Below, piece after piece: positions 25,668-38,264 of a stretch of 46,371 nucleotides of DNA. This DNA comes from Catajapyx aquilonaris (Eukaryota), in assembly GCA_000934665.2 (NCBI GenBank), contig KZ538816.1:1-46371 (forward strand), given 5' to 3'. The notes beneath the pieces are model-generated. The model searched no databases. It worked only from the letters and a program-made list of their open reading frames with translations, and had not been told where the DNA came from. Positions within the stretch are counted from its first letter, which is position 1, and every line of letters starts with the position of its first letter. Both the position numbers and the translations under genes were made by a program.

Positions 25668-26228
25668 TAGGCTTCTTTTTTTCTTGCCAAAATTAATACC
25701 TCTTTCAACTGTTTTCAATACGTTTTAATAATTTAAAATTCACATTAAAGGCGTTCCTTATATGTTTTGCAATTAAACAGCACATTCGCAATCAGAAAGT
25801 CTTTTAATTTTGCTGCCGTTATATGAAATTCAGAAACAATCTCTGATAAACAAAATGTTTTTGTGTATGCGTGTGTCTTGTAGTCAAAACATATTTCATG
25901 TCGAAAAAGAAAACTCGTAGTAAAACAAATAACCATTGCAATTACCATTGGAATAATTTGGGCAGAAAATTTGATTATTAATATTATCTATATTTCTAAC
26001 CGCTGCACGGTTTGGATGATATTGATTATTTGGCTTTATTGCAGCACTTTATCCGAGATATGCCGACGTTGTAGGAGATGCATTTATTCATGTGATTCCC
26101 TGTTCCATCACCTAATCTGTTCTCTAAACCACTTAGTTTGCGTGAAACTTGCAGCATCGCCACCGGAAACAGCCATAATTAATTAGGATCTTCCTTTCGA
26201 GATTTTCCGCCCAGGACAAAGCCAGGTA

Positions 26229-26464
26229 CAGATATAGTTCACATTTTACGACGTTTCACATTAACAGTGCATTTAAAAATGTACATTTTGAAAACCATTT
26301 GAAAATAACAAAAAAAATGAAACAATAACACATCTCTGTGACATCTCTGAGTCGATGTTTCATTTTCCGTGGTGCCATGTGGCAGAGTACAGATATGTTT
26401 TACTATACGTTTTACGATCCTGTTTTGCTGGAACCTAACCCCGTCGTAAAATGGGGCCTACCTG
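26229..26464. mobile_element. pogo/Tigger-type MITE
   Basis: TA-CAGATATAGTTCACATTTTACGACG vs rc of right end TA-CAGGTAGGCCCCATTTTACGACG; subterminal GGAACCTAACCCC is Tigger-like. Confidence 0.6.
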
Positions 26465-28644
26465 TATAATGTTCACTCGACTAACGATGCTTCCGTTACC
26501 GATGACTCTCTCATCCATATATGCAAAATCAATTGTTACTCCGCAGCTCTCGGCTCTAAAAATGTGCTGCTCGTAGACTTCAATACTGCATGCCATTAGC
26601 TACCAGTATAAAATTCACGCAACTCACTCTGACGAATCTTCCAAATTCGGACACTGCAATTCATGCAGTAGCAAGAGTCTATGATTCAGTAAACAAATCC
26701 GTATAGCTCTCCTCTCGAATATGACAAATAGGAGCATATCCTTTGTGACATGAAACGATCGAAACACTGCACTGTTTTATTTTTGCAAATATGCACCTCT
26801 CGAACGTCAGGCGGAGCGTAAAATTACGCGCCGCAATGTAAAAGGGCCTTTGAGCTATAAAATCTCATCAATTAAATGTCAGCGAGACAAGTTTGGCAAA
26901 TAATACCTGAAAATGTCAAAGAGTCACAGGGAACGATCCGAAGCTAACTATGCGCACATGGGCCCCCGCTTTCCCCCAGAACTGAGCCTGCATGACACGT
27001 TCAGGGCTAGAGAAAATGACATTCTTCGTCCAGCTCGCACAGAAATGAAGTGCTGTCACTTGAAAAGATTGCAGCTATAGTAATTCCGGAATGCTGTCCT
27101 TGTTGACTGGCAGAAGCTGGCAGCCAGCTGCACATACATGCAGGTCACACTGTACTGTATAACCCCCTTTATATCATAATGTAATGACGTCAAGTGGATA
27201 GAAGGAGAGGTGCCACATTATACGAGCAGTGTTTTATAGGTTGCTTGTTGGCATTTTGTGCCATACTGGAGTGGAATGTATTACAGTGAAAGGAATGAAA
27301 AATATGCATATATTCATAACCTCAATGCATGTGTATGCTACTGCTCTATTTATAAACTAATGTGTATATACCAGCTACTTTCCAATTCTCCTCGGGGTAT
27401 ACTGTAAGTTACAACCTGTTACACATAACCTAAAGTCACAGTATGTTACATAACGTTATGCGATGATAAGAAATGCAAACCAAGTTCAGCTCAGAATTCG
27501 AGGCCCGATCCTGCACAGTCACATGTTGCATAAACAGAGTGGAACATGTTTTGCCACTGAATCTAAAGTGCACTCACGTTTTCCCAGTAAAGAGCTCCAC
27601 CTTTTACTAGAGCAAAAGCGGGTTGGAGGGAGAGGGTGGTACTAAAATTCATGCTCTCCGTGTTGGAACGTCTGCACACCAAAAGCAGCATGTCTCTCCA
27701 ATTCTGATTCAGCAAGCCCAACGGTTCAGAATAACATGTTTTTCGACTTTCCTCTTTTTTTTCTGACACTGAAAGACTAGAGAGGCTGCGTCAGCTGGTT
27801 CCCAACTAGCGTATATTTTACAGAGGCCGTCCAGCATGTCCTCCGGGACGAAGCGTCTCTCTAGATTTTTTTTTTTAAAAAAAAGTTCCTTTCTCCAGAG
27901 ATTCACGGGGGAAAGCCAAGCCGGCCTTCTAAATCCTTCTTTATTTCGGCCGGTTAGCCCCAGGCTCAAAATTCGTCCCCCGAAGCCCACTTACGGAGGG
28001 ACCACCATGGCCTCAACAATGTGTGAGGTGCTAACCTCATCAAGAGTCGGACAATATCATTTCGCTGCGAGGCCTCAAAATGGGGGCCCGACCCGAAACC
28101 ACGGGCTTGTTAGCGTGAGGTGAATGTGGCCTGAAATTTTTGCAGGCCCGCGTTTCTCTGCGTGTCTTTTGCCTGGAGGTTTTGTACCGGCATGGAGAGG
28201 GGGGAGGGTTTTTCGGGTAACGGGCGAAATGTTGGAATTTTCCGCCGCTGCTGCAGCTAGAAAATTATTTTGTAATGGAGGACCGGTGTGGTGGAAAGGG
28301 TTTACGGCATAACTATATCAGTTGCGGTTCGCGTTTTTGTTGGGATGAGAACATGCTGGATGGGAGTGGGTAGGGCTAGCAGCACATCCCAGAGGTAAAA
28401 TTGCTTCAAGAATAAGCGTACACCTTTAAGCGATATTAAATTGCTAGCAAATTTGATAGAGCCTGTTTGTTAGGACCTCCCAAAATATTGGAAAGCTGTG
28501 GGTTCTGACACTTCTAATAGCTCAAGGATGATTATGTCGTGCAATTGTATGTGTTAAATACTGATTATAGTACAGGCCGCTCTCATATTAATCACTTGTC
28601 AAGTACACTCAAATACTGTAAACTAATACTGCAGTTATCATATA

Positions 28645-28973
28645 CAGGGTGTTTCAACTTTTTGTCCGAACAGTTATCGGAAAATTGCACGTAGCTGCTA
28701 CTTTGCAAGCAGTGACTTGCAAACGGTGATTTTTCGGAGGAACGGGGAATATTCCCTGCGAATCGTAGGTTGAAGTGGCATACATGCTGCCCACTGAAAA
28801 TAGAGGGTCGAGCCTTGAAAAAAGAGGGTCACACACGCCATGGGATGTGCGACCCTCTTTTTCCCCATTCCACATTCCTCCGACAAATCACCGGTTGCAA
28901 GTCACTGCTTACAAAGTAGCAGCTACGTGCAAGTTTCCGATAACTGTTCGGACAAAAAAGTTGAAACACCCTG
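28645..28973. mobile_element. Tc1/mariner MITE with ~100-bp TIRs (CAGGGTG termini)
   Basis: Arms ~28645-28742 / ~28875-28973 largely complementary; TA on the left; extra internal hairpin GAAAAAAGAGGGTC...GACCCTCTTTTTC at ~28818-28863. Confidence 0.9.
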
Positions 28974-31538
28974 CGTATTGCCAGTCAATTGGTTCAAATA
29001 GTAATTTTAGTAGCTGAGGAAGCTGCAAATGCAACAATGCCGCTTCGATGGAGATCCATATTTCTGTGCTAATTCCTTTGCCTTTAAACCCTTGTTTAAA
29101 CCTTTCCAACTTTATTGTACAGTACCGGTTTGATCGTTTGCATTTTGCATGGACTTCAATATGGTGATGTAATACTTGGAAGGTTTATTACAAAATCTAA
29201 GTTGCTCAATTGATTTCCGAGTAAACCTATTTGGTCATACGAGGATAGTGAGGACCTCCTCCTTGATATCCGCTGGCAACCCCATATCTGTTTGGGAAAC
29301 GCCGTGAAGATGATGATGATGATGATGACAATCAAACTATCCCAAACATTTAGGAAGCTATGAGAATGCCCCATTTCCCCTTTTCAATTTCAGATTATAG
29401 CCATAAAAAACCTGAATATTTCGTCGATCCTCATCCATCTGTGCTTTACTATACAGCTAAAACTTTTCTCCGAAACCAGGTAATTTCCACTGTGCAATAA
29501 ACTTACATTGATAAAAATTGAGATGTCAGTTGACAAGCCCGCGTGCACGGAAAGAGGAAAAGCCAAATAAAAATTGAAAATAATTCCGTTGCTTCCCAGC
29601 ATGACGACTCTTGGACTCCCAGCGGGAACACAAACCTGCCAACGCTCATTCGCCCCCTATTCTTCCGGATTACCATCCACTCATTTTTTACAAATTCCAG
29701 AATATTACCATAAATTCCCTCGATACCTCCTGGATTTTCTCTTTCAGTGACTATACCTCATCCTTGCTCACGACGGAGCAATTCCTTCAACATCACCAAT
29801 CAGGGAGATGTACAGCCTTGGTGACGGATGGCTGGACACAGAAGAAATGGTGGGTAAGAAGCTGAATTCCAAATCACCAGAGAGTTGGGTTGCCGCATCT
29901 TCCTTTCCCAATTTTTTTTTCTGGTTGGTAAACGGGTCCAATCCTCCTGGCAGACCTTAGCTTAGTCGTGCGAGAGTCGTAAAAATGACTAGAATCGTGG
30001 GTGCAGTTGGTCGGAGACGAGCACTGATTCCCTCAGCGTGAAACGTCGGAAATGGGACAGACTGAATACCTGCAATTTATTCCCTCGCGCAATTAGGCCT
30101 GTTCGGTAGTGACACTTGTCACGCTGTCATTTAACGTCCTGGACCTGCTGGGTAAATCCCCGACTGAGAGCTAGCCGCCAGCTTAACTTTTTTTTTTTAC
30201 CAATTGATTCCGGCCAGTAAAAACCACTGAGTTATAATGAGCACACCTGAGATTTTGAAACTCTTAACGATCGGGGAGTCAGCTCAAGGCACTGTTGTTA
30301 ACACTCTCCGGGAAGGGATTTGAGCTTAACTTTGGACCGAACTACTGCAAATTGATTCCACTTCAGCTCGTCTTGGAGAAAGACACAACTATAGAAGAAA
30401 GAAAGGCCGTCAGATCAGCCCGGAATGATCGCTTTTCCGACTCTCCAGGGGTTTCCCCTCCTTTTTCCTCAGCTGGTTCGGAACACAACTCTCTAAGCCA
30501 TATCATAAATCCATTAAAAGTATTGAAGGTGGATTCTTAACCACATCTGCCGGATTCACCCTGTTTCTCCTTTCGGGAGAGTGTGAGAAGAACCCTTTTG
30601 TCTGGTTCTTCTTGTTTTTTTAAAAAAAGAACCGCTGCAGGCTGTTCCCGTTCTAATTTTTTGACAGCACTGGGTTTTCTAAACGAGGGAATGATTTCCC
30701 TCGCCGCTTGCTCATTATTCTCTTCTGACCCAAGCAGTTTCGGCCTCCATCTTCACCTACCGTCCCATTTATTTCAAGCTTGCACGTGAGACACATGCCG
30801 GCGTTTTATTACCTCGGCCTTATTAAGAAGGTGGGGATCTCAGCAGCCTCCTCCTGGGATGTCCACATTTATTAAAGCGATCTTTCTGCCAACGTGGATT
30901 AATCTCCACAATTTCAACAGTAGCCGACCAAAAATGGGGTATTGCTGGGAACATGTCCACATTATTACGCTTCATACCACCCAGTGGTCAACAACCGACG
31001 ATTTATGTCGCGGACCAATGCAGTAATGCATTCCGCCGCTTAGAGAGGGTCAATTAGTGCCTGGCGCGTCTCGGCAATTTTGCACATACACAACAATGTG
31101 TGGGGGAAAACCTTCTCTGGACGAATGGAGATGGTTGTATATGGGGGGAAAAAAGCGAGACCGGTTTAATGGCTGTGTGCGGCGGCCAGTCTCGCTCTGT
31201 TAGCTATGGTTCCAGTCAATTACTCGGCGCAGGACCGGATGAAACTGTCGGCCGCTCCATCTTCACTTCCACTTCAGAAGGAAATAGGCCTGGGAAAGTG
31301 TTCCGATTCAACTCTGCCAACCATTGCAAAAACAGGAAGGATCTTTTGCTAGTTTGTCCTCCTGTACCCCGCCTACTTCTACTTCTCGCACCGTATCGAC
31401 AGGCGAAGGGAAGTCTATAGATTGGTTCCTAACTCAATTTCCTACCGGAGAATACAAAGCAGGCAGATGCGTTGTTTTTGCTTCCGGGACAATTCCTTGC
31501 CAGACGAAAGAGGCAACAAAAAAAAGAAGAAGAAGAAG

Positions 31539-31552
31539 NNNNNNNNNNNNNN
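31539..31552. other. Assembly gap (14 N) between a GAA repeat and poly-G; single N also at 40259
   Basis: Ns in the sequence. Confidence 0.98.
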
Positions 31553-34500
31553 GGGGGGGGGGGGGTCCTCCCAGAACAAGGAATGGCGACAGGAATAGCC
31601 TACTCTGGCGCCATGCTAGGCAACGACATCACGCTCCATCCGTTACAAAGTGTAAGGAATCCAAGCAGCTGACTTTTCCTAAGAACTCCGCTTGCGAGAA
31701 GCCAATTCGGCTCTAACGCCTGCCTTTATTCGGGACATTAGGCTGTAACAACCCGGAGGCAATAACTATACCTGCTGGACGAATGCTTTACTCTAATCAC
31801 CTACTCCCTGACTAAACACTTTTCCCCTCCCTTACGTCGTTCTGGTACCTCCCATGTTTATTAAAAAAAGAGTTTAGTTTGCAGGGAAAAAATTCCGATT
31901 TTTTTGCCGACTAGAATTGATTGGTGCGAGTGAAGCGTAATATTCTGGCTTCCCATTCACTCTACCTGTGGGCGATTTTACTGTAAAAAAAATCGCATAA
32001 TAGCCCATTATGCAGCGAACACTTTCCCAGCGATTGATTAAAAAACGCCGAGCGCAATGTCCAGATATGCGGATGAACAATTACGGATTTATGAATTAAA
32101 AGTTTCATCCATTTAAAAAAAATCGAGGGGAAAAAAAATACTTGGTAGAATCTCCATCTTCATGCAAAGTGAATCGCCAGCCAGATTAGAACCGGGCCCA
32201 TTCCGCGGTTGAGATGGCCTTACCGCCCCTCACCAGCACCAATTTCCTTCCCGCAACAAATCCCGAATGTTGCCAGCCAACGAAGCAAAAACCTCCCCCA
32301 CGTAAAGGTCTAGGGAGGTCACCAAGCTGCCCTAAACTACACGACCTACAACAAGGGCCACCTGCAATCTTTATAACGAGGACCGCAGATCCTAACTGGG
32401 GACCTTGCTGCACACACGCACCAAAAAAAAAAAGAGAACCCTTTTTACAACCTCAGCTAACGAGGACCCGTGTCGAATGACTCGCTGGGGGCACACAGAT
32501 TCCATTCTGTAGGTGCCTCTGGACCGATCGCTGTTGCCTGGAATTTTGTGCATAAGCCTTTTCCACTCTTTTTCGGAGGGCCCAACCAGCCCTGCGGGAC
32601 GTGCGTTACAAAATCATGCACGCCGCTTTGCAGGTAATCAATGTAGTCCCTGGTATAATGCAATAATAATTATCGGGCCAATGCACAACGCAAACAAGCG
32701 GGCGATGTGAAGGACTTTGTTGCGGTCACCCCTATAGAAAAAGGACGAAAAAAAAAAAGAAATCGGAGCAGTGTGGCAGTGTTCCGCCTACCTCAATAAA
32801 ATAATCCGGGACCGGCCCTAAATCCGTCCCACACAGACTCCCAGAGGACCGATTAAAATCAGTCACGTCGGACAAAAGAGGCCCCAAAAGATTCTCGGAG
32901 AAGATTTGTTGGAGTGACAGGGCGGGTCCGGTGCGGCTCCATGAAAACCTGGCCTCCCCCAAAAACCGAAAGCAATTCCGCTTATGAGTTCGCAGCCAGA
33001 AGTGCTGGCGTCAGCTCTGCTCTTGGGGACAAAAAAGAGCCTGCTGACATGGCAGATGACAGGACAAAGGCATTCCAGAAACTCGGACCACAGTTGAATG
33101 CACGAAAAACCTGGAGAAATTATTTTGCGAATAATTACTTGCGTCTATTGCACACTGAGCTGCTTGTTTTGTTTGATTTGCAACTAGAATGAGGTGAATT
33201 TAGAGTGTTAATTTGAGTTGTATTGAGCCAGACGGATTAGCCAATAGGAATGGGCAAGGCTGGTCTCTAACCAATCACGCCTCACGCTTCGCAAGTCAGT
33301 TTAGTCTACAGTATAACGGATTAATTAATCATTTGCTGGGACTCGGGCAATATCCCGAAGGTTTCACTACCCCATCGTGTTTCCCCAGGAAAGTCAGCGA
33401 TTGTTTACTCGAGAGTGACCTCAGGCCGTCGGAAGTTGCAAACTTAAATCTCCCACTTTTCCGCTGGAGTAAACTTGACACGCTGCGCCTGCCATTAACT
33501 TAAACCGGGCTCAAGTGGGAAATCTGCTCTTCGTCTAGGGAGTAAGCCGGCCAAGATTGCTTCCAGGCTTAGGTCAACTAACAGCACAAAAAAAGCTGTA
33601 ATTAAGTACTGGGGAGTAATGGTGATTTAGTAGCAGGGTCTCCGATTCCTACACCTAATAGTCGTCTGTCGAGTAATTATGGGGCCAATAATTTATAATT
33701 CCACCCCATCCCGGTCACTGGGTCTGCTGGGAAGAGGGAAGCCAATTGAGCTCCAATAGGCGATTCCCTGGCTTGTCTCCTGCTCGTGATTTGCATGCAA
33801 ATGATCTCATCTGGGATATAATCATTCTCGGAAAGAAGCGATCCGAGTTGGGGGCGTTGAAGAAGATTTGGATCCTATTTCTCTGCCAGTAAAGAAATGA
33901 AGGCGATGTAGTGGCAAAATGGAACGTCTGTGAGGGATTTCATGGTCCTCAAGCTAGATGAGGAGCTGTGGTAACCTGGTGTGTAATGGACCTGTCACTT
34001 TTACCCACTGAAATACTGTAAATTGTTCGGCTGGGCACTTTGTTCTCGGAGATTAATCACGCTCCTTTGGATGGCTGCAAAAGGGAAGGCATTTTTAAAT
34101 TCAGATTTTGTCGCAGTGGCTTTTGTGGTGCTATATCAGCCCAATGCCATTCAAGTAGCTATTACGTGCTCTTATCACTCAGGTTGAAATTAAGTTAAAA
34201 AGAGCTTGATGAAACGATATTGACATCTTATAACTCATGTTAATATAAAAGGTACTTACAGTATATGAGGAGTGAGTGTACTTCCTAAATTATACTGCCC
34301 TAAGGACCTTCTATAAAATGTCTCGCAGACCAAAGTTTGGCTCCTCAGGATCATTTTATAGCACGTATTATGGCAAGGGCGTGCCCTCGCACTAAAAGTT
34401 TTTTGGGATCGCGTTTGTTGTATTAAAGTCTTCTTTGATATTTACACAGAACAAAGAAAGCGGTGCCAAAAAACAGAGTGGAAAGGTGAAGAGAGGCAGA

Positions 34501-34802
34501 GCGTCTGTGGCTACGGATATAACTTTTGAAGTCCCAGATCAATCAGGCGTTTCTTTCCCACACGATGTGGTTGCCAGTTGTCAAATTTCGACATATCCGC
34601 CAGGGAGAAGCCAACAAAGAAACTGGTCTCATGTTGACGGTGGCAAAAAGGACCCGACACGCAGGCCAGGCGGTCCGCACTATTTCCATTGACAACAACA
34701 ACAACAGAGCTCACATATACGCACATTGGGCCCCAATTCATGTTATTGCCCTAACACAACATTGCATATTTATACAAAATATAATAGTTAGTGGTTAAGA
34801 AT

Positions 34803-34977
34803 AGGGCCGGTCCCCGACTTATGTATAAGTGGATCGTTCCTCAATATTAGGCGCCAAAATTTGACTTGCATTATCGTAATTATCGGAATTTTACATTAAC
34901 ACTTTAATCCGTAGATATTTCGAGCACGTCGATTTTTCTTTCATAAGTCCGGATCTACGTAAGCCTAGGATGTCCTG
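34803..34977. mobile_element. Decayed Tigger-type MITE
   Basis: Left GGTCCCCGACTTATGTA, right CATAAGTCCGGATCTACGTAAGCCTAGGATGTCCTG-TA; resembles the GTCCCCGACTTACG...CGTAAGTCGGGGAC TIR type. Confidence 0.5.
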
Positions 34978-36496
34978 TATAAGCTCGAAGGTACAGAGTA
35001 AGAATTGTTTATCCGCAATTCCAAAAACCGAAAACCTCCAAAATCCGAAGGTTTTTTTGAGATCTGAAATGACGCTCAGAATATGAAAAATTTCATGTGA
35101 GTATGACAAGGCTCGACAAGGCCTAACCTCATGAGCATGTGGATTACTTACATGGGTCAGATAACTAATTGGTGTTTGGTGTGAAATATTTTGAATCCGA
35201 ATTATTGGATTCTTCTAATCTGCTGAAAAAACGGAGTATGCTAACAAATCTTTTTCTCCTGAAAGAACAGTTGTTGCATTACTTGTCCTGAACCTTCCCA
35301 CTGACTGTCAAACCTGTGAAGATGTATAAGATTCAATGAGTACATTCTCTGAATTAAACTCGTAATTTTTTAATGATTTTTTTTATGAAAAGTGGAACAT
35401 TACGCATTATGATTTCACCTTTTACGTAGGAACAGCATATCCGTCTTGAATATTTCCAATATTACTACCGCTTGCAGATATGGGAACCTAATGTCGTGAT
35501 ATGTCACATCAGTGTGTCCATAAAAAACTATTTTTAATATCTGAAAGTGGTTTAATGAAACGCAGGGAATGTTTTTCTGACTCCTGAAAAACGACATTTT
35601 TTTGTCATAACCTACCCTATATTGTTTTTGCAAAAAAAAGGGGGGGGGCTTCAATTTCAAAAGGGATAACACTATCTGAAACAAACTCGCATGACCATAT
35701 TCTGTCCAGGAATTTTGAACAAGGGCCAAATTAAAGTCAAGCATAATTTCTGAAGTAACGGTAACTTACTGGCGTAATCACCTAAAGTCCTCAAATATAA
35801 TTATTCAGAAGAGTGATGAGTGGTGCAAATGATAGGTTGAAATCTTTTGATATCAATAATAAAATTAATATCAGTGAGTAATTTTAGTTCGTTTGATGAT
35901 AGTATACTTCAGCCCCTTACAATGTGAGTCACATGTGAGTGACCTGTTTACCTTTTGTGCGCACGTGCCTTAACGTGGTGCTATTTCTCGTTCTGTTGGT
36001 ATTTCCACTTTTAATCAAGTTCATTTCTCATTGCTATTAAATAGATGATATTGCGCTTCACATTTCACACATTATATTTCGAAAAGTGTTGAAAAAATTA
36101 GAGATTTTACCGAATAGCAAAAATTTCCCCGTAAGCTCCAGGGTTAAGACAATATCTGAGCTGTCAAACCCATGAGTTTACCTGAAAAGGGTAAATTGAA
36201 AGAAGTCATTCTTGCTACCAATGTTGCCAATTTCAATGTTCTCTGTTGTCAAATATTTCATTTATATTCTGGTTATAAATACTCAACATTTTAAACAAAT
36301 GAAGTACGGTTTCTATGGTTGGTTACCAGGGTTTGATGGTATTGAGGCTCTTTATTGTTGTCTCAGGTTGTGTTCGGGGTCTCGAGAATAAGACGCAAAA
36401 AATTTACTTTGTGTGAGTATATGTTGTTATTTCCTATATCGGTGGAATTTTACTTAACTTAATTACAATACAGGGCAGGTATCGTTCAATGTTGCG

Positions 36497-37303
36497 ATGT
36501 CTCGTTCGAACGACCGACTTACGGTGAACCATTCATGGGCTCGAGGCACGAGGCACCGGATAGACAGGGTCCTTCGACGATACCCTAGCCCCCCGATGCT
36601 TGGACAACTAGTGGAGCGGGCCTCCACCACGGCACTCTCAGGCAGTGACACAGGTGTAGCACGGCTTGCTGCACTAGAGGAAGAGGATTCATTTGATGCA
36701 GAATCCTATGAACATGGTATTAACTACCGGTACAAGAACACCAAGCGCCCTGGATCCCATCTTATGCTCACTAATATCTTGAACCCTGACGAGACCGATG
36801 ATGACCCCGAGGCTGCCGAGCAAGAAAGGGCAAACAGGAGCCTATTTTTGCAAGAACTGATATTGTGTACCCTCACAGAGAAACCTGCCGTTGACATCAC
36901 GCCCGCAGATCCTGAGGCAAGTACCTCCGCTGCAACTCCAAACCAGGACGAGCCTTCTGCCGGAGAGAATGCAGCCGACGATGAGTCAAATGATGGCCAA
37001 TCATATCTGTACTTGTCGAATCTTCTGCAATCCATGTCTGTACGCGACGACCCTGACTTGATGCCCGCTGTCCCTGACTCTACTACCACCGCCTCAACCC
37101 CGGATCTGGACGGGGCTTCCATTGCCGAGAAGCCTGCCGAGAAGCCTGCCGAGGAGCCTGCCGAAGAGCCTGCCGAGGAGCCTGCCGAAGAGCCTGCCGA
37201 GGAGCCTGCCGAGGAGCCTGCCGAGGAACCTGCCGAGAAGCCTGCCGAGAAGCCTGCCGAGAAGCCTGCCGAGAAGCCTGCCGAGAAGCCTGCTGACAAC
37301 TGA
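36497..37303 (+). CDS. Orphan 268-aa acidic, largely disordered protein with (AE[K/E]P)14 tail; nested antisense in the GPCR intron
   Basis: Longest ORF in the window, ATG start, 209 open non-repeat codons, visibly GC-richer than flanks; candidate 5'UTR exon 36367-36412 and 61-nt intron 36413-36473 (GTGAGT..CTTAAC..CAG); TATAAATA 36274; AATAAA 37557. No family recognised. Confidence 0.65.
   Translation: MSRSNDRLTVNHSWARGTRHRIDRVLRRYPSPPMLGQLVERASTTALSGSDTGVARLAALEEEDSFDAESYEHGINYRYKNTKRPGSHLMLTNILNPDETDDDPEAAEQERANRSLFLQELILCTLTEKPAVDITPADPEASTSAATPNQDEPSAGENAADDESNDGQSYLYLSNLLQSMSVRDDPDLMPAVPDSTTTASTPDLDGASIAEKPAEKPAEEPAEEPAEEPAEEPAEEPAEEPAEEPAEKPAEKPAEKPAEKPAEKPADN
37124..37291 (+). repeat. 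12-bp coding minisatellite x14 (GCCGARRARCCT)
   Basis: 2x AEKP, 7x AEEP, 5x AEKP; other variants are synonymous GAA/GAG in the ORF frame. Confidence 0.97.
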
Positions 37304-37740
37304 GATGATCTTACTCAATAACACGGGTGATGAAAAGCACAACGTTTAAAATCTCTAGATATCTGTTAAACAGTGGTCGTTTGTGCTTGAATCATTTATG
37401 TTTCATAAATGATTAGCTTTTTCTTTATCAAAAAATGGACACGAGTTTATTTTTAAGCCGAATTTGTAAAAGGTAGTTTAGACTATCAGTATCACTCATT
37501 AGGCACAAGTGGAAGTTGAAGATGTGCCACTTTGCAGAGTGCTCACACTTTCATAAAATAAAATTTATCGTTGATGTCAAAGTAGTTGAGTTGGTTGATT
37601 TTCAGGGGTTACCCGGCAGTAATGGAAATGCTGGCATCATTACCTGTTGGTGTACGTAAGTTCTGCAAAATTATTATAAATTAATAAAACCTATACTATC
37701 AGGGTTATTGTATAACCTACATTAAGAATATGAATGTATA

Positions 37741-38264
37741 CAGGGTGTAAATGAATTCGGGGGACAAATTTGCAGGGGTAATAGAGGGGACCAAGACAAG
37801 TATTTTTCATATGGGAACCCGTGTCCGGAAACGCCATCTAGAGGGGGTTCATAGACAAGAAACGGGTGCGCTCAGACGCGTCAGGCGGGCAGCGTTATCG
37901 AGCGGACCTTGCTAGGTGGCGCGCGGATTGTACACAACTTCGCAATTCGCCATAACCTGGCAACAACGGAGTTGTTGTTTATTATATCTGCGCGCTACCT
38001 AGCATGCTGACTTTAGTTGATAGGTGGCTCTGTTGTTGCCAGGTTATGGCGAATTGCGAAGTTGTGTACAATCCGCGCGCCACCTAGCAATTAAACGGTC
38101 CGCTCGCTAACGCTGCCCGCCTGACGCGTCTGAGCGCACCCGTTCCTTGCCTATGAACCCCCTCTAGATGGCGTTTCCGGACACGGGTTCCCATATGAAA
38201 AATACTTGTCTTGGTCCCCTCTATTACCCCTGCAAGTTTGTCCCCCGAATTCATTTACACCCTG
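37741..38264. mobile_element. Young palindromic Tc1/mariner MITE, ~230-bp TIRs (CAGGGTG termini)
   Basis: Arms 37741-37971 / 38028-38264 differ by ~5 substitutions and one 6-bp indel; flanked by TATA / CTATA. Confidence 0.93.

Larger units (their letters stand above)
23519..25692. repeat. Inverted duplication (~200 bp arms: 23519-23731 and 25497-25692) containing the tRNA-Arg gene and flanks
   Basis: Arms align beyond the tRNA, e.g. CTTGCAACAATAT..CCATTGTT..TGTCTACCC.GCCTA..ATTCAAACAA upstream and GTCATAGGC.TTCTTT..CCAAAA downstream. Confidence 0.88.

Noticed and set aside
11400..34800. Many 60-170 aa ORFs in the large intron
   Set aside because: Mostly non-ATG starts, low-complexity composition, no homology or splice support.
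36724..37349. ORFs with SAGF, LLGR and LPRS repeats
   Set aside because: Other-frame translations of the stop-free 12-bp minisatellite; only the 36497 frame has a long unique part and gene signals.
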